A stretch of 39,039 bases of DNA from a virus (Duplodnaviria > Caudoviricetes): the IMG/VR virus record IMGVR_UViG_3300048762_000133, positions 1-39,039 of that record. One strand, given 5' to 3'. Below, piece by piece: positions 8,852 through 18,553 of the stretch (the first letter of the stretch is position 1; each line of letters starts with the position of its first letter). The translations under genes and the position numbers were made by a program. The notes under the pieces are model-generated. The model did no database searches. It saw nothing but the letters and a program-made list of their open reading frames with translations, and was not told where the DNA came from.

Positions 8852-10749
8852 ATTCCCTCACTTCCGCCGATATCACGAGGCGGTAACTTGCTCTCAACGT
8901 CCCGTTTGCCGAGCTTGCTTCCCCCTATATCACGCCCAGGCAACCTGCTATTTAAGGCGAGGTTGCCGAGTTGGCTTCCCCCGATGCCTCTGTTCGGTAA
9001 TCTGCTACCGCCGACGTATTTTTTAAGGATTGCGAGGATTGCCAGCGCATCTAACACTGAGAGATCGTCGAGGCTCGCACCATCGCTTAGCCTTAAGTTT
9101 ATAGTCCTGACCAAAGCTGCAGCTTCGGATATGCCTCGGCCTTCCGCTAGACTCTGGAACACTTGGCGGATTACGCCGATGCCGTCTGCAATTCCTGTCG
9201 ACTCAACCAGACTAAGATTAGCGGCTTTTATAATTGCGGGCTCGTCTTGATAACTCAGAGAATCGAGAGCCTGAATATAGGATGCTCTGCTAATCGAAAC
9301 CCCTTCACCGATGTTATTCGTCTCGCCGACGGACGCTGTGGAAGTTCGAGCAGGTAAACTTCCATCAAAGTCGCTCAAAATATCCAGTAATGCCAGGACA
9401 AGATTGCGTATACCGGACTGGCCTTCGCCTAATCTCAAGCCATCGAGAGTGGAGGCTATGAGTGTTTTAACAAGCCCAAAACTATCGCTTACTGATTGGA
9501 CCTCGGCTATTGACGGATAAGTTTGGCGTGTTACAGATTCCAAGTCCGCAATAGAGGCGGATTCTGACAGGCTTGGTTTGGCAGTCTTTTGGGGTGCGTT
9601 TAAATCTCCAGTCGATAAACCTTCCAGGTTGGATGTTTTTGAGGTTCTCAACAGCGTTGAGAGATTCGCCAGACTCAGACCGTCACCGATAGAAGGTTTG
9701 GCAGTCTTTGGCGGGTTGATTGTCTCGCTGCCCTTGACCCCTTCAGCTAGCGCAAGATTGATTTTGCGGACAGGCACGAAAGATTCACCAGAACCAAAAC
9801 CCTCCGAGATTGAGCAGGAGTAGGTGTTACCACTTATCGGTTTGAAGCTGGCGGCAGAGATAGCCCAACCATAAGTTCCAGGTGCAGCCTGAGTCCAACT
9901 CATCGTCTGTGAGCCAGCAGGAGTCACGGGGCCGTTGGTGTCACTGCCACCAAAATAGCCTAAGGTTAGCCATCGCTGGGTCTGCCCACAAGCACTAAGT
10001 CCATTGCCGCCAATATAAGGAGACACAACACTAAAAACCCAAGAGTTATTGGCTACCGTAACAACGGCAACGCTTGGATTACCAGTAGTATTGTGTGTGC
10101 CGTTGTGCGCATCAGGTTGGCCTGATTGGGCAGCCCCAGCTAAAGAAACAGCACCAGGCGAGGCATCATAAATTGTGCCGCCATAAGTGACAACAATGTT
10201 TTTCGGAGAACCAGTAGTGGGGGCGTACCTGAAAAAAATAGATGTGCGGCCTTTATCGCTGGCGGTATTCACATCTGACCTCACAAAAGTCAGACTGGAA
10301 CTATTGTACGTTACACTTAAGACAGTGTAGTCATTCCCCCCCGAGGCATCGTGGCTATCGCCAACTATCAAAAGATTGGTTGAGGCTCCGCAAGTATGCG
10401 CCCATGTCACGCTGCTAACAGCAGAATTAATACCTGAGTTACTAGTCGCATCAAAAGCAATGGAAGCCGGTAAATTAAAAGGTGAACTGCCTAGAACTGA
10501 ATTAGCAGGAATAGGTGGCGGCAGGACATCCACCTGCTCACTTCTGGAGGGCTGTGGAGCATCAGGCAAAGCTAAGGCCAGATATTCTGCGGCAGAACAT
10601 GGGATTTGCACAACGCTTTTGGTTGGCAATGTAGTTAGGGGAGAAGCCGCTAAAGCTGTTGTTCCGGCAGCAGACAGAAAATAGTGGTATGCCAGCCCTG
10701 TGTCTTTGTTGAAAGTGCTGACGAGCCACCTATTTTTAAATGTGGCCAT
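8848..10749 (-). CDS. Large tail-fibre/adhesin-like virion protein
   Basis: Beta-rich S/T/G domain followed by degenerate ~22-aa repeats; in the tail region. Confidence 0.55.
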   Translation of the reverse strand: MATFKNRWLVSTFNKDTGLAYHYFLSAAGTTALAASPLTTLPTKSVVQIPCSAAEYLALALPDAPQPSRSEQVDVLPPPIPANSVLGSSPFNLPASIAFDATSNSGINSAVSSVTWAHTCGASTNLLIVGDSHDASGGNDYTVLSVTYNSSSLTFVRSDVNTASDKGRTSIFFRYAPTTGSPKNIVVTYGGTIYDASPGAVSLAGAAQSGQPDAHNGTHNTTGNPSVAVVTVANNSWVFSVVSPYIGGNGLSACGQTQRWLTLGYFGGSDTNGPVTPAGSQTMSWTQAAPGTYGWAISAASFKPISGNTYSCSISEGFGSGESFVPVRKINLALAEGVKGSETINPPKTAKPSIGDGLSLANLSTLLRTSKTSNLEGLSTGDLNAPQKTAKPSLSESASIADLESVTRQTYPSIAEVQSVSDSFGLVKTLIASTLDGLRLGEGQSGIRNLVLALLDILSDFDGSLPARTSTASVGETNNIGEGVSISRASYIQALDSLSYQDEPAIIKAANLSLVESTGIADGIGVIRQVFQSLAEGRGISEAAALVRTINLRLSDGASLDDLSVLDALAILAILKKYVGGSRLPNRGIGGSQLGNLALNSRLPGRDIGGSKLGKRDVESKLPPRDIGGSEGI

Positions 10750-10758
10750 CTAAACCTC

Positions 10759-11589
10759 CTAGGTTGAACTCACAGAAACCACAGCGTAGGTTGCAGAAAT
10801 AACATCGGTAGGTACCACTGACCTCGACGTAGTAAATAGCCCTGCTGAGAATAAAACCCCGCCCGAAGCCGAAGTATCTCCGGCAGTGGTTACTCCGGCA
10901 GCGTTGGCCCCGAACAGTGCTAGACCGTAAATGGTCTCAGTTCCTGATTCGGTAAATGAGGCTGGTGACGCTGAGTTACTGGTACCGCAGCCCTCGGTGA
11001 TGGTTACCGTGATATTGCCCGTTGCTCCAGTAGTGGTCAGGGTATTGTTCCCGGGCAACAAAGTAACCGGAGAGCCAGTTAAAGTCATTGTTCCTGTAGC
11101 TGCGGTACCGCTGCAGCCGTTATTTAGAGCAACTACACAAGTTCCGGCTACTGTACAGGCTACAGTGTTAGCCCCAGCGGATAGTGTAATCGGTGAGCCG
11201 GTGAATGTGCCAGAGCCGTTGGTTAATGTTGAGGCAGTATATAAGGCTGAGGCTACGAAAGTACAAGCTTGCCGCGAACCTACTGTAGTTGATTCGGTGA
11301 AGGAAGGTGAAGCGTAGGTCATGGTACTAACGGGCGAGGTGTTAGTGTTGAAAAGCCCCAGATACCAGGCGTTTGACAACTTGGAGGTGGTATAAAGCGT
11401 CACGTTATTGGCGTAGTTCAAGCCCTGGTTGGTCACTTTATTGTGGACTTCCGAGACGCCCACCAGCCGGCGCAGGGGCAGGCCGTCATCCCCTAGATTG
11501 ATGGAGCCGTCCTCGTTGAAATAGCTCCAGTGTTCGGCGCGGTAGACGCCGCCCGTTAGTAGCACTTCTTTTTCGAGCAATTCGTTCAT
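10759..11589 (-). CDS. Virion structural (tail/baseplate) protein
   Basis: HNKVTNQGLN...WYLGL...GVLFSAGLFTTSRSV pattern; T/G/S-rich; GGAGG RBS. Confidence 0.6.
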   Translation of the reverse strand: MNELLEKEVLLTGGVYRAEHWSYFNEDGSINLGDDGLPLRRLVGVSEVHNKVTNQGLNYANNVTLYTTSKLSNAWYLGLFNTNTSPVSTMTYASPSFTESTTVGSRQACTFVASALYTASTLTNGSGTFTGSPITLSAGANTVACTVAGTCVVALNNGCSGTAATGTMTLTGSPVTLLPGNNTLTTTGATGNITVTITEGCGTSNSASPASFTESGTETIYGLALFGANAAGVTTAGDTSASGGVLFSAGLFTTSRSVVPTDVISATYAVVSVSST

Positions 11590-11632
11590 AATAACCTCCG
11601 AATATTTATTTTATTGCCACATATCGACTAAT

Positions 11633-11851
11633 TTAATGAGCTTTCCAAAACTTGATGATGACGTAAACCAGGTAGAATAGACCCGCCACGATGCAGGCGA
11701 ATTCGAAAACCGCCACAAACTGGCGAGGTTCCGAGTACTCGCACACCTGTTCGCCAAGGGCAAGAGGCAACCATGTAATACCTGCCCAGATAGTCGATAG
11801 CAGGCCGATGATTAGGGCAGAGATTACGAGGGGTTTCATGTCAGCGTCCAT
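11633..11851 (-). CDS. Small 2-TM membrane protein
   Basis: Two hydrophobic helices. Confidence 0.55.
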   Translation of the reverse strand: MDADMKPLVISALIIGLLSTIWAGITWLPLALGEQVCEYSEPRQFVAVFEFACIVAGLFYLVYVIIKFWKAH

Positions 11852-12498
11852 TCCGTCCAGCGCTGGAGAGTTGCGTTAGTGGCGTTGGTAACTTGGTAGT
11901 AATAACCCGCCGGAACGGTAAAAGACATGTTGCCTATAGAACACCCTGCTATCTCTGTGCCATATTTTACAGCGTAATTAACTGCCACGGCGGGACTGGA
12001 AGCTGAATCAGAATAAGCGATAGCGCCGTATATATAGGAATTGGTCGCACCGCTTGTAGACGTTACGGCCACGGCAACGTCAATTTTAGTAGAACCTGTA
12101 TTATGATAAACCGTACCGAGTACCCGCGTAGGCTGCGACTGCGTGGCGTTGCCGGTGATGCCCGTAGGCGCTGCAAAAGTCGGGTTACTGGTTGCTCCAT
12201 GCGTGGTTAAAACATAACCCGCCGTGGTAGCAGGCAACACGTCCCATGCCGTGCCGTTCCAGTACGGGATGTCGCCTTGTGCGGTCATGGGGGGCGCAAT
12301 CGCGTCCAGCACCCATGCGGAACCATTGGACTGATAGACTGCCTTCCTGTCGAGGCAGAAAACGTCCATCCCCGCGTTGCTTGAGGCCGCTGTAGGCAAA
12401 TCGGAAAAGGCGTCGGCCCAGCTCATCAGCCCCTTGTTTAAGGCCGAGGCGTTGCAAGCCGTAACGCCATCCGTAAAAAAACCAGTGTGTAATGACAT
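11836..12498 (-). CDS. Short tail fibre / receptor-binding protein
   Basis: AQGDIPYWNGTAW shaft motif; C-terminal RVLGTVYHNT...VPAGYYYQV...WTEW fibre-tip pattern; start at MSLHTG after GGGAG. Confidence 0.65.
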   Translation of the reverse strand: MSLHTGFFTDGVTACNASALNKGLMSWADAFSDLPTAASSNAGMDVFCLDRKAVYQSNGSAWVLDAIAPPMTAQGDIPYWNGTAWDVLPATTAGYVLTTHGATSNPTFAAPTGITGNATQSQPTRVLGTVYHNTGSTKIDVAVAVTSTSGATNSYIYGAIAYSDSASSPAVAVNYAVKYGTEIAGCSIGNMSFTVPAGYYYQVTNATNATLQRWTEWTLT

Positions 12499-12503
12499 AA
12501 TTT

Positions 12504-12956
12504 TTAGCTCCCTATCGCTAATGTTGGAGACCACGTAATGACAAGGTCTGTAGTTCCCGCCGAATTGTCATAATCCAGGAGGGCGTGCGCGAACATCGTC
12601 CCGCTGTTAGCAGCGCCCGTCACGGCGCCTCCGAATAGGCCGAGTTCCTTTATGTGGACGGCGCTGGCCGTCCTTATAAAGAATGTCTGAATTGTGGCCG
12701 CGCCCGCCAGCGCTGACGTCGAAGTTACAGGAGCTCTCGCGTATTCGGCCGTGAGTTGGGTGTCTCCCACTACCGGCGTGGTGGTTCCCGTTCCGATGCC
12801 GAGATACGAGACAGGCAACACACCCGGGATGCCCGCCAGGAGCGCCGCCAGCAACGTCATAGCCGACGTGACCATCAGGTTTTCGGCTTCGGCCAGCACC
12901 TTGCCCGTTCTGGCGTCCCTGAGTTGTATCAGGCCGTGTTCTTTGAGCTTGTCCAT
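12504..12956 (-). CDS. Tail collar/baseplate-fibre attachment protein
   Basis: ENLMVTSA...YLGIGTGTT...DTQL..E...IKELGLF motif. Confidence 0.65.
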   Translation of the reverse strand: MDKLKEHGLIQLRDARTGKVLAEAENLMVTSAMTLLAALLAGIPGVLPVSYLGIGTGTTTPVVGDTQLTAEYARAPVTSTSALAGAATIQTFFIRTASAVHIKELGLFGGAVTGAANSGTMFAHALLDYDNSAGTTDLVITWSPTLAIGS

Positions 12957-13172
12957 TTAACCACAACTCCAAAATCCGCAAATCAGTCCGGCTCCAGGAT
13001 AATAAGGCGGCCCGCCTGTCGAAGCGGCGCTCACCGTCTCGGTTTCTTTGACCAAGTCGTCTTCATCTTGCCCCAGAAAATAGGGGCTTGAAGTAGGGGC
13101 GGGCTGCGTATTGCTTTGCTGTAGCCCCACGAGCATGTCCAGGATGTCATACGAACGCGAGATGTCGGCCAT
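12957..13172 (-). CDS. Small tail-region protein
   Basis: 71 aa, tightly packed in the operon, ending in GFWS. Confidence 0.55.
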   Translation of the reverse strand: MADISRSYDILDMLVGLQQSNTQPAPTSSPYFLGQDEDDLVKETETVSAASTGGPPYYPGAGLICGFWSCG

Positions 13173-13175
13173 GAT

Positions 13176-14540
13176 TTACTCCGTTGACCAATTTCGAAGT
13201 TCCAATTGATATTCTTTGAGCAGGCCGCCCTTGATGACTGTTGTTATGGAATGGATCCAGTAGCTTTGATTGATGCCGAGTATCGCATTTTTGAACGGGA
13301 TGTATTGCCCGACGGCAAATCTCGTGGTATTTCCAGATGGGAAGTTGCCGTCATCAACCCTGAGAGTCGGTTTCTGGAGGCTGTAACTAAACTGCGTCTC
13401 AAGACTATTCAGGTTCGCTTTCATGGCCTGCGCTGAGTTCGCATCCGAGGCCACGATACGGGTGGCGAACCATCGGCCGTATTTGTCGTAGCTCCCCTGG
13501 ACCTTGGAAGGCTGGCCGCCCTGGTAGAGGAAGCGGTAAATAATCTTGACCGAGTTGGTTAAATTCGGCGGGGCCGTGATGAAGGTTAGAGTCTGATTTA
13601 TGGCGTCCCACATGCAGTTGAAATTAGCCGTCGTATCTATACCGGTGAGTCCGACGGTCTGTAATGACCATTGAGGCGTCACATCCGAACCCGTGTTGAC
13701 GTAAACGATGATTCTGTCATACCCGGCTGGTGCGGCGGGCGAATTGTTGCCGCCGATAACAGATGTAGAGACAACCGTTTTGACACCATCATTCGGGATA
13801 GTGGCGGACATATTATACGAATATACCGCCGTTCCGTAAACCAGAAATGAGTTTACTATGCGGGTGGCATCACGCGACCACTTCAAACCCTGGTAGCCAA
13901 GGGCTGTCAAGCCGCCCAACGTCTCGCCTGGGGTGCTTGAGAGTGCGAAGGGTGCGGGGATCGATTCTTTCAGATAGTAATGGAGGTTCTTGTTGAAATC
14001 CACATAGTAGGAATATCCAACATACCCGGCCAGTAGTTCCACAGCTTCCCTGGCGTATGTATAAATGAAAGACAACGGGGCGAGTGCAGAGGTTCCCCCC
14101 TGGACATAGCTGCCGACGGTTATCTCCGAGCTTCCGTTTGTTCCGTTCGGCCCGACTACCCGGTTGGCGAAAAGGTCTGTCAAGGTATCCTTGTCGGACA
14201 ACCCCGTCAATCCGGGTGCGGGGTAGCTCATATAGAGCAGCGTCCTGTCGAGTAAAACTGTGTAGGACTGGCCTTGAATATCCCAATACCTGTTGATGCC
14301 GTCCGTGTACCCTGTTATATTGGCGGAAAGCCCCCCGAATATCCTCTCTCCTGTGTCTGTGCGTGTCACAATCAGGTCAACGCCTTCAAGAGGCACGGCA
14401 AGGGCGCAATTTTTGTCAACGAGCGTTCCCTGCATCGTGCTTACGGTTTTACCTAACACGGACTGGATTTGGAAGTTTGTCTCGGTTAGGGCGGCCGTGA
14501 AATCTACGCCGCCGATAGTCAAAGAAACGGGAGCGCTCAT
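13176..14540 (-). CDS. Tail tip / baseplate hub protein
   Basis: Directly after the tape measure gene; start at MSAPVSLTIGG; beta-rich, with YYVDFNKNLHY hub-like motif. Confidence 0.65.
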   Translation of the reverse strand: MSAPVSLTIGGVDFTAALTETNFQIQSVLGKTVSTMQGTLVDKNCALAVPLEGVDLIVTRTDTGERIFGGLSANITGYTDGINRYWDIQGQSYTVLLDRTLLYMSYPAPGLTGLSDKDTLTDLFANRVVGPNGTNGSSEITVGSYVQGGTSALAPLSFIYTYAREAVELLAGYVGYSYYVDFNKNLHYYLKESIPAPFALSSTPGETLGGLTALGYQGLKWSRDATRIVNSFLVYGTAVYSYNMSATIPNDGVKTVVSTSVIGGNNSPAAPAGYDRIIVYVNTGSDVTPQWSLQTVGLTGIDTTANFNCMWDAINQTLTFITAPPNLTNSVKIIYRFLYQGGQPSKVQGSYDKYGRWFATRIVASDANSAQAMKANLNSLETQFSYSLQKPTLRVDDGNFPSGNTTRFAVGQYIPFKNAILGINQSYWIHSITTVIKGGLLKEYQLELRNWSTE

Positions 14541-14541
14541 T

Positions 14542-15906
14542 TTAGAAAGCCCCGCGCAACCGGGCCGCGCTGTCGAGTTGACCGAGGAACCATGTGGCAA
14601 GAGGTGTGCCGTCCGAAAGGTAGAGGTTGATCGTCTGGCCGCCGGCGCCGCCGCCGGAAAGGGGCGTCACGGTAGCCCCCTGCTGCATGTCTATCAACTC
14701 CGGGCCGTTCTCGCCCACAATCGCACTACCGCCGGTCGTGGCCGTGCCGCCATTGGCCAACAAGGGAATGTCGGAGATGTTGATACCAAAGTGGTCTCCG
14801 CCGAATATAGGCACCCAGGAGGGGATATTGACCTGGATTTTGTCCATCAGATCGATAGCCCCGTTAATGACGTCGATAACGATATTGACAGCCCCGCGCC
14901 AGATTTTAGACCAGTCTGTGCCGAGGCTATTCCAGAGGCTCGACCAATCGACGTTCCCTAAATAGCTTGCCATCCTGTCCCAATCGCCCTTGATATAAGA
15001 CCATGACGCCTGCCATGTCCGGCTCCACGCCGCACCGATGTCTCCCCACATGGCATCCCAATTTACACCTTGCAGGAAATCGATTAAGGCTCCTACCTGT
15101 AATTCTGCCTGAGCGACCATAACCGGGAAAACCTCTACTACTTTTAGCACGGCCTCTCCGAGCGCGCCAAAACCTGTCTTTAAGTCTTCCATGCCACGGG
15201 AGGAGAGGTTGCTGTAAGATGAGTTGAGTCCAGATATGGGGGTCGCCTGCGCCTCAAGGTCGGAGGTCATTAATGTGACCGCGGCGTCTCCGGCGATTAT
15301 CCCGCCCGTTGTAGTGCGTAGCTGTGTATTTTGCCCTAGATAAGCAGAGGTTAAATCATCGACAACGGTTTGAAGTGGAATACCTGTGTCATGGGATATT
15401 TGGAGGGCCTTTGCCAATAACTCCAGGTCAGTCGTGGTGTCGGGTATTTTATTTTCAAGGCCGGTCAAAGCGGATGTAACGCTCGCCGTGGTCACTCCGT
15501 ACTTCTGCGCGATGGATACGACCTGATTTAAGGTGTCGTAAAAGTTTTGAATGGGGCCGCCGGAGACCTCATTAGTCGTGGCGCCCAGAATAGCCACGTC
15601 ACCGTAAAACTTTTCAAGATCCTGCGCGCTGTGCATCATCTCAATAGCCATTGCGCCGAGGCCGCCCGCACCCAGCAATGCGCCAATCCCGAACTGTGCC
15701 AGCATCGGGTTTAATTGTTCCAACCCCGGTATCATCTTATTCAGTGCCAGGTTCGTGGAGGTCTGCGCCTTACCCTGCGCGGTGGTGGCCTTGGTAGATG
15801 CGTCAGTTTTTGAAGACAATTTGTCCAGGTCGGAGTCAATCTGTTTCATCTGCTCCTGTCCGGAGACGATGTACTGGACTATTAAACTTACTTTTTCTTC
15901 GGACAT
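14542..15906 (-). CDS. Tape measure protein (short, 454 aa)
   Basis: Helical, W-periodic repeats, C-terminal IPLLANGG...IVGENGPELI; follows the chaperone. Confidence 0.88.
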   Translation of the reverse strand: MSEEKVSLIVQYIVSGQEQMKQIDSDLDKLSSKTDASTKATTAQGKAQTSTNLALNKMIPGLEQLNPMLAQFGIGALLGAGGLGAMAIEMMHSAQDLEKFYGDVAILGATTNEVSGGPIQNFYDTLNQVVSIAQKYGVTTASVTSALTGLENKIPDTTTDLELLAKALQISHDTGIPLQTVVDDLTSAYLGQNTQLRTTTGGIIAGDAAVTLMTSDLEAQATPISGLNSSYSNLSSRGMEDLKTGFGALGEAVLKVVEVFPVMVAQAELQVGALIDFLQGVNWDAMWGDIGAAWSRTWQASWSYIKGDWDRMASYLGNVDWSSLWNSLGTDWSKIWRGAVNIVIDVINGAIDLMDKIQVNIPSWVPIFGGDHFGINISDIPLLANGGTATTGGSAIVGENGPELIDMQQGATVTPLSGGGAGGQTINLYLSDGTPLATWFLGQLDSAARLRGAF

Positions 15907-16109
15907 TTTGACCTCATCGCATTTGCCTTGCGGTTAGCCATATCCACCATCTCCTCAAATTCGGTAGATGGGAGGCGCTTGATTTCACTGGGGAGACAAT
16001 GCCAGATTTCGGCAAGGTCGTAGATAGTTACGATTCGGGGGACGTTGCGGGGCTGATCACCTCGGGCGCGGACGTTATAACAGGCGGTGACCCTGTAGCC
16101 GCGTTTGGG
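15888..16109 (-). CDS. -1 frameshift extension of the tail assembly chaperone (gpGT-like)
   Basis: Slippery C CCA AAC at 16109-16103; the -1 frame is open to TAA 15888 and encodes YDLAEIWHCLPSEIKRLP. Confidence 0.75.
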   Translation of the reverse strand, partial: PKRGYRVTACYNVRARGDQPRNVPRIVTIYDLAEIWHCLPSEIKRLPSTEFEEMVDMANRKANAMRSKCPKKK

Positions 16110-16405
16110 TCGGCCCTCAGTCTGCCGGCCAATCCGCCGGTGAGTGTGGACTGGACCACCGGGGGCAGCTTTTCAAAACTGGCGGCCTCGATGGGGGATG
16201 GGTTCCCCTTCTTGTCCGTGCAATCCCACGAGATTATCAGGCTTGCGACAATCTCTTTGACTTTGGACATGTTACGGGGCTTCTCGTTCTGCGCCGCGGT
16301 TATCTGCTCCAGTTCCTCCACGGTGGGGTCATAAAATCTGATACCCCATCCATATTCAGGGACTATGACGGTTCTTATCGGCCAGCCTTTGACAGTTTCG
16401 TTCAT
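16028..16405 (-). CDS. Tail assembly chaperone (gpG-like)
   Basis: Between tube and tape measure genes; IISWDCTDKKGNPSPI motif. Confidence 0.8.
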   Translation of the reverse strand: MNETVKGWPIRTVIVPEYGWGIRFYDPTVEELEQITAAQNEKPRNMSKVKEIVASLIISWDCTDKKGNPSPIEAASFEKLPPVVQSTLTGGLAGRLRADPNAATGSPPVITSAPEVISPATSPES

Positions 16406-16417
16406 ATCGTTTCCTTT

Positions 16418-17410
16418 TTAGGGCATCGCGGCGAGGGAGTTAGTCAGAACCACCTGCCACTCCTTCGTGCTCGTGGGGTCATATTCAGAGAGGAGTTTGA
16501 TTTTTACCACGTCTTGCCCGTCCTGGTCGCTAAGGGGGTCAGGGTTGTCCAGGATGAAACACCCGTCCAGATTGAACCCCATGTTGCCGCCTGTGATAGC
16601 GGGTCCGGTAAAGGCCAGCCGGACAAACAATACGGACTGATTCTGGAAGTTTGTCCAGGCGGAATCGAAGATGCTGTTATGGCCGAAGGTGGCCTCCAAT
16701 TCGATGTGGCGTTTCTTTTCAACCCTGTCGGCAAAGGAGAGAGAGCCGTCCAGTTTCTTGATGGGTGTGACGCCTTCCGTGAGTTTCCATGTGAAGTCAA
16801 CGAGGGTGTTAGCTGCCTGCGTCCCACCGAGCCCCGCCCATGTCGTATCGATGTAGAGTTTACAGGTCTGCGCTTCTATGGGAGTTAAGGTTGACGGCTC
16901 GGTCAAGGCGGCGGTGAAGGTCGTGGTATCCACCGACTGCCCCACGATGTCAGCTTTAACCTTTACCACGTCATCTATCTGCCCTGATAATTCCATGCCT
17001 GTGGCGAAGCAGTAGGTGGACTGGTACGCCTGGTGATCGTCCCCGCCCTCGACGGTGTAGGTATCCGGGGAGTTGGCCGAAGTGAGGTTGGGAAGGAATG
17101 TCCAGACATAAGGGCCGGCTCCGGTAGGGTTGATACCGCCCTTGATGGCCATGCCGAGGATATAGGCGAGTTGTTCGTAATTGGCATCGGCTTCAAAGGT
17201 GATTTTAGCCTGCTTCCCCACGATGGTTGACCGCTCATAACTCGATAATCTGCCAGTCTCCAGGTCATCAGGCCGGTAGAATTTGAAATCCGGGCTCATG
17301 TCCAGCTTACCCACGAGGCGAGCGGTCGCGGCGTGGTCTGTGCCCGGCGTGGATTCTTTACCGATTTGGATTTTACGAAGGTCGCGCAAACCTGAGATTG
17401 GTGCAGTCAT
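16418..17410 (-). CDS. Major tail tube protein
   Basis: IQIGKESTPGT N-terminal motif, beta-rich, position; no sheath gene present. Confidence 0.8.
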   Translation of the reverse strand: MTAPISGLRDLRKIQIGKESTPGTDHAATARLVGKLDMSPDFKFYRPDDLETGRLSSYERSTIVGKQAKITFEADANYEQLAYILGMAIKGGINPTGAGPYVWTFLPNLTSANSPDTYTVEGGDDHQAYQSTYCFATGMELSGQIDDVVKVKADIVGQSVDTTTFTAALTEPSTLTPIEAQTCKLYIDTTWAGLGGTQAANTLVDFTWKLTEGVTPIKKLDGSLSFADRVEKKRHIELEATFGHNSIFDSAWTNFQNQSVLFVRLAFTGPAITGGNMGFNLDGCFILDNPDPLSDQDGQDVVKIKLLSEYDPTSTKEWQVVLTNSLAAMP

Positions 17411-17413
17411 GTT

Positions 17414-17620
17414 TTACTCCCCCTTATTTGTGAGATATTCCAGATACCATGTCCAAAGCTCAAAAACCGCTGTGCTTATAACGACGCTCACAGCCAAGAT
17501 AAGCCACGCTTCTAATACCTTGCCCTCTCCAAAGAGGATTCCGACATAGAAGTCCAGAAAGCAGGTAAGCGAGCCAACGACGTTGACAAGCCTTTTTAAC
17601 AGTGAGGGGCGGCTCTTCAT
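17414..17620 (-). CDS. Small membrane protein within the tail operon
   Basis: Hydrophobic 68-aa ORF with GGGGTG RBS. Confidence 0.5.
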   Translation of the reverse strand: MKSRPSLLKRLVNVVGSLTCFLDFYVGILFGEGKVLEAWLILAVSVVISTAVFELWTWYLEYLTNKGE

Positions 17621-17635
17621 CGGCCACCCCCTTGA

Positions 17636-18088
17636 TTATTGCCCCCATAGACGCCTCGTTTTAATCTCTACTTGAATCTCGCCTATGCGGTAGACGTTAC
17701 CCTCGTTCGTGACGGGCAAGGTGGGGTTGATTTTGATGTTCGATGTGACCCACTGGCCGCCGTTCGTCGGGTCCGTGCGGAGTAAGGTCTTAGCATAATC
17801 GGATTGCGCGAGTAGTTTTGTAATTCCGGCTTGCACTTCGGCGGGCTCCATGTTTGACCTTGCCCCGGACTGATAAAATCGGACGTTAAAGTTTTCCGTG
17901 TCCGTGTCTTGTCCGACAAAGACCGCTTCTACGCTTGAAGGCTGAGGGATAACCGCACAGAATGGAACGTGCTTCGCCCACGCCTGTGAAGGTTCGCCGG
18001 CGTAAAACTCAGACACGTACCAATCGGCGGAACTATCCGAGGCCATGGGCTGAAGCCAGGTAATCAAGGTACTTAAAGCGGTTTGCAT
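17636..18088 (-). CDS. Tail terminator/completion protein
   Basis: Size and synteny. Confidence 0.6.
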   Translation of the reverse strand: MQTALSTLITWLQPMASDSSADWYVSEFYAGEPSQAWAKHVPFCAVIPQPSSVEAVFVGQDTDTENFNVRFYQSGARSNMEPAEVQAGITKLLAQSDYAKTLLRTDPTNGGQWVTSNIKINPTLPVTNEGNVYRIGEIQVEIKTRRLWGQ

Positions 18089-18553
18089 TTATATTCCCTT
18101 TTGGAAGGCTGCGACTACATCTCTAATCCAAATGGTCAAAGTGGCCGCGAGTGCCGATGTGAGCTGTGTGGTGACTGCCACAATCTTGCGCTGGGGCATC
18201 CTGCGTGTTCCCTCTTGGTGGTATTCGGGCACGTCCGGGCTTCTCTTCTTGCCGCCGTAGGGAACGGTGAGCTTGACCGTGTTGCCCTGCCTTGTAATCT
18301 TGGTAGAGGACATCATGGCCCCGGTTTTTATCAGTACGTTGCCGTGGCCTTTTCTCTTGACCGTCTCAGGCGAATCCTCCGGCCAGGTTCCATAACCGCG
18401 CGTCTTAAAGCGCCGGTCTGTGTCTTCCAGGAGTGTGTCACCAATGCGCTTCATGAGTTTATCGTCGGGGTTGTTAATCTTCTCGGCTAGATTATTAAAG
18501 GCCCGGCGTGTGCTTTCGAGGCCGGTCACTTTGACATTGATTGAGACGGACAT
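18089..18553 (-). CDS. Neck / virion morphogenesis protein (Mu gpG/P2 S-like)
   Basis: W..DSPETVKRKG..VLIKTG.M, YHQEGTRRMPQR motifs. Confidence 0.8.
   Translation of the reverse strand: MSVSINVKVTGLESTRRAFNNLAEKINNPDDKLMKRIGDTLLEDTDRRFKTRGYGTWPEDSPETVKRKGHGNVLIKTGAMMSSTKITRQGNTVKLTVPYGGKKRSPDVPEYHQEGTRRMPQRKIVAVTTQLTSALAATLTIWIRDVVAAFQKGI

Noticed and set aside
8848-12498. Diversity-generating retroelement acting on the fibre genes
   Set aside because: No reverse transcriptase, and I saw no template/variable repeat pair
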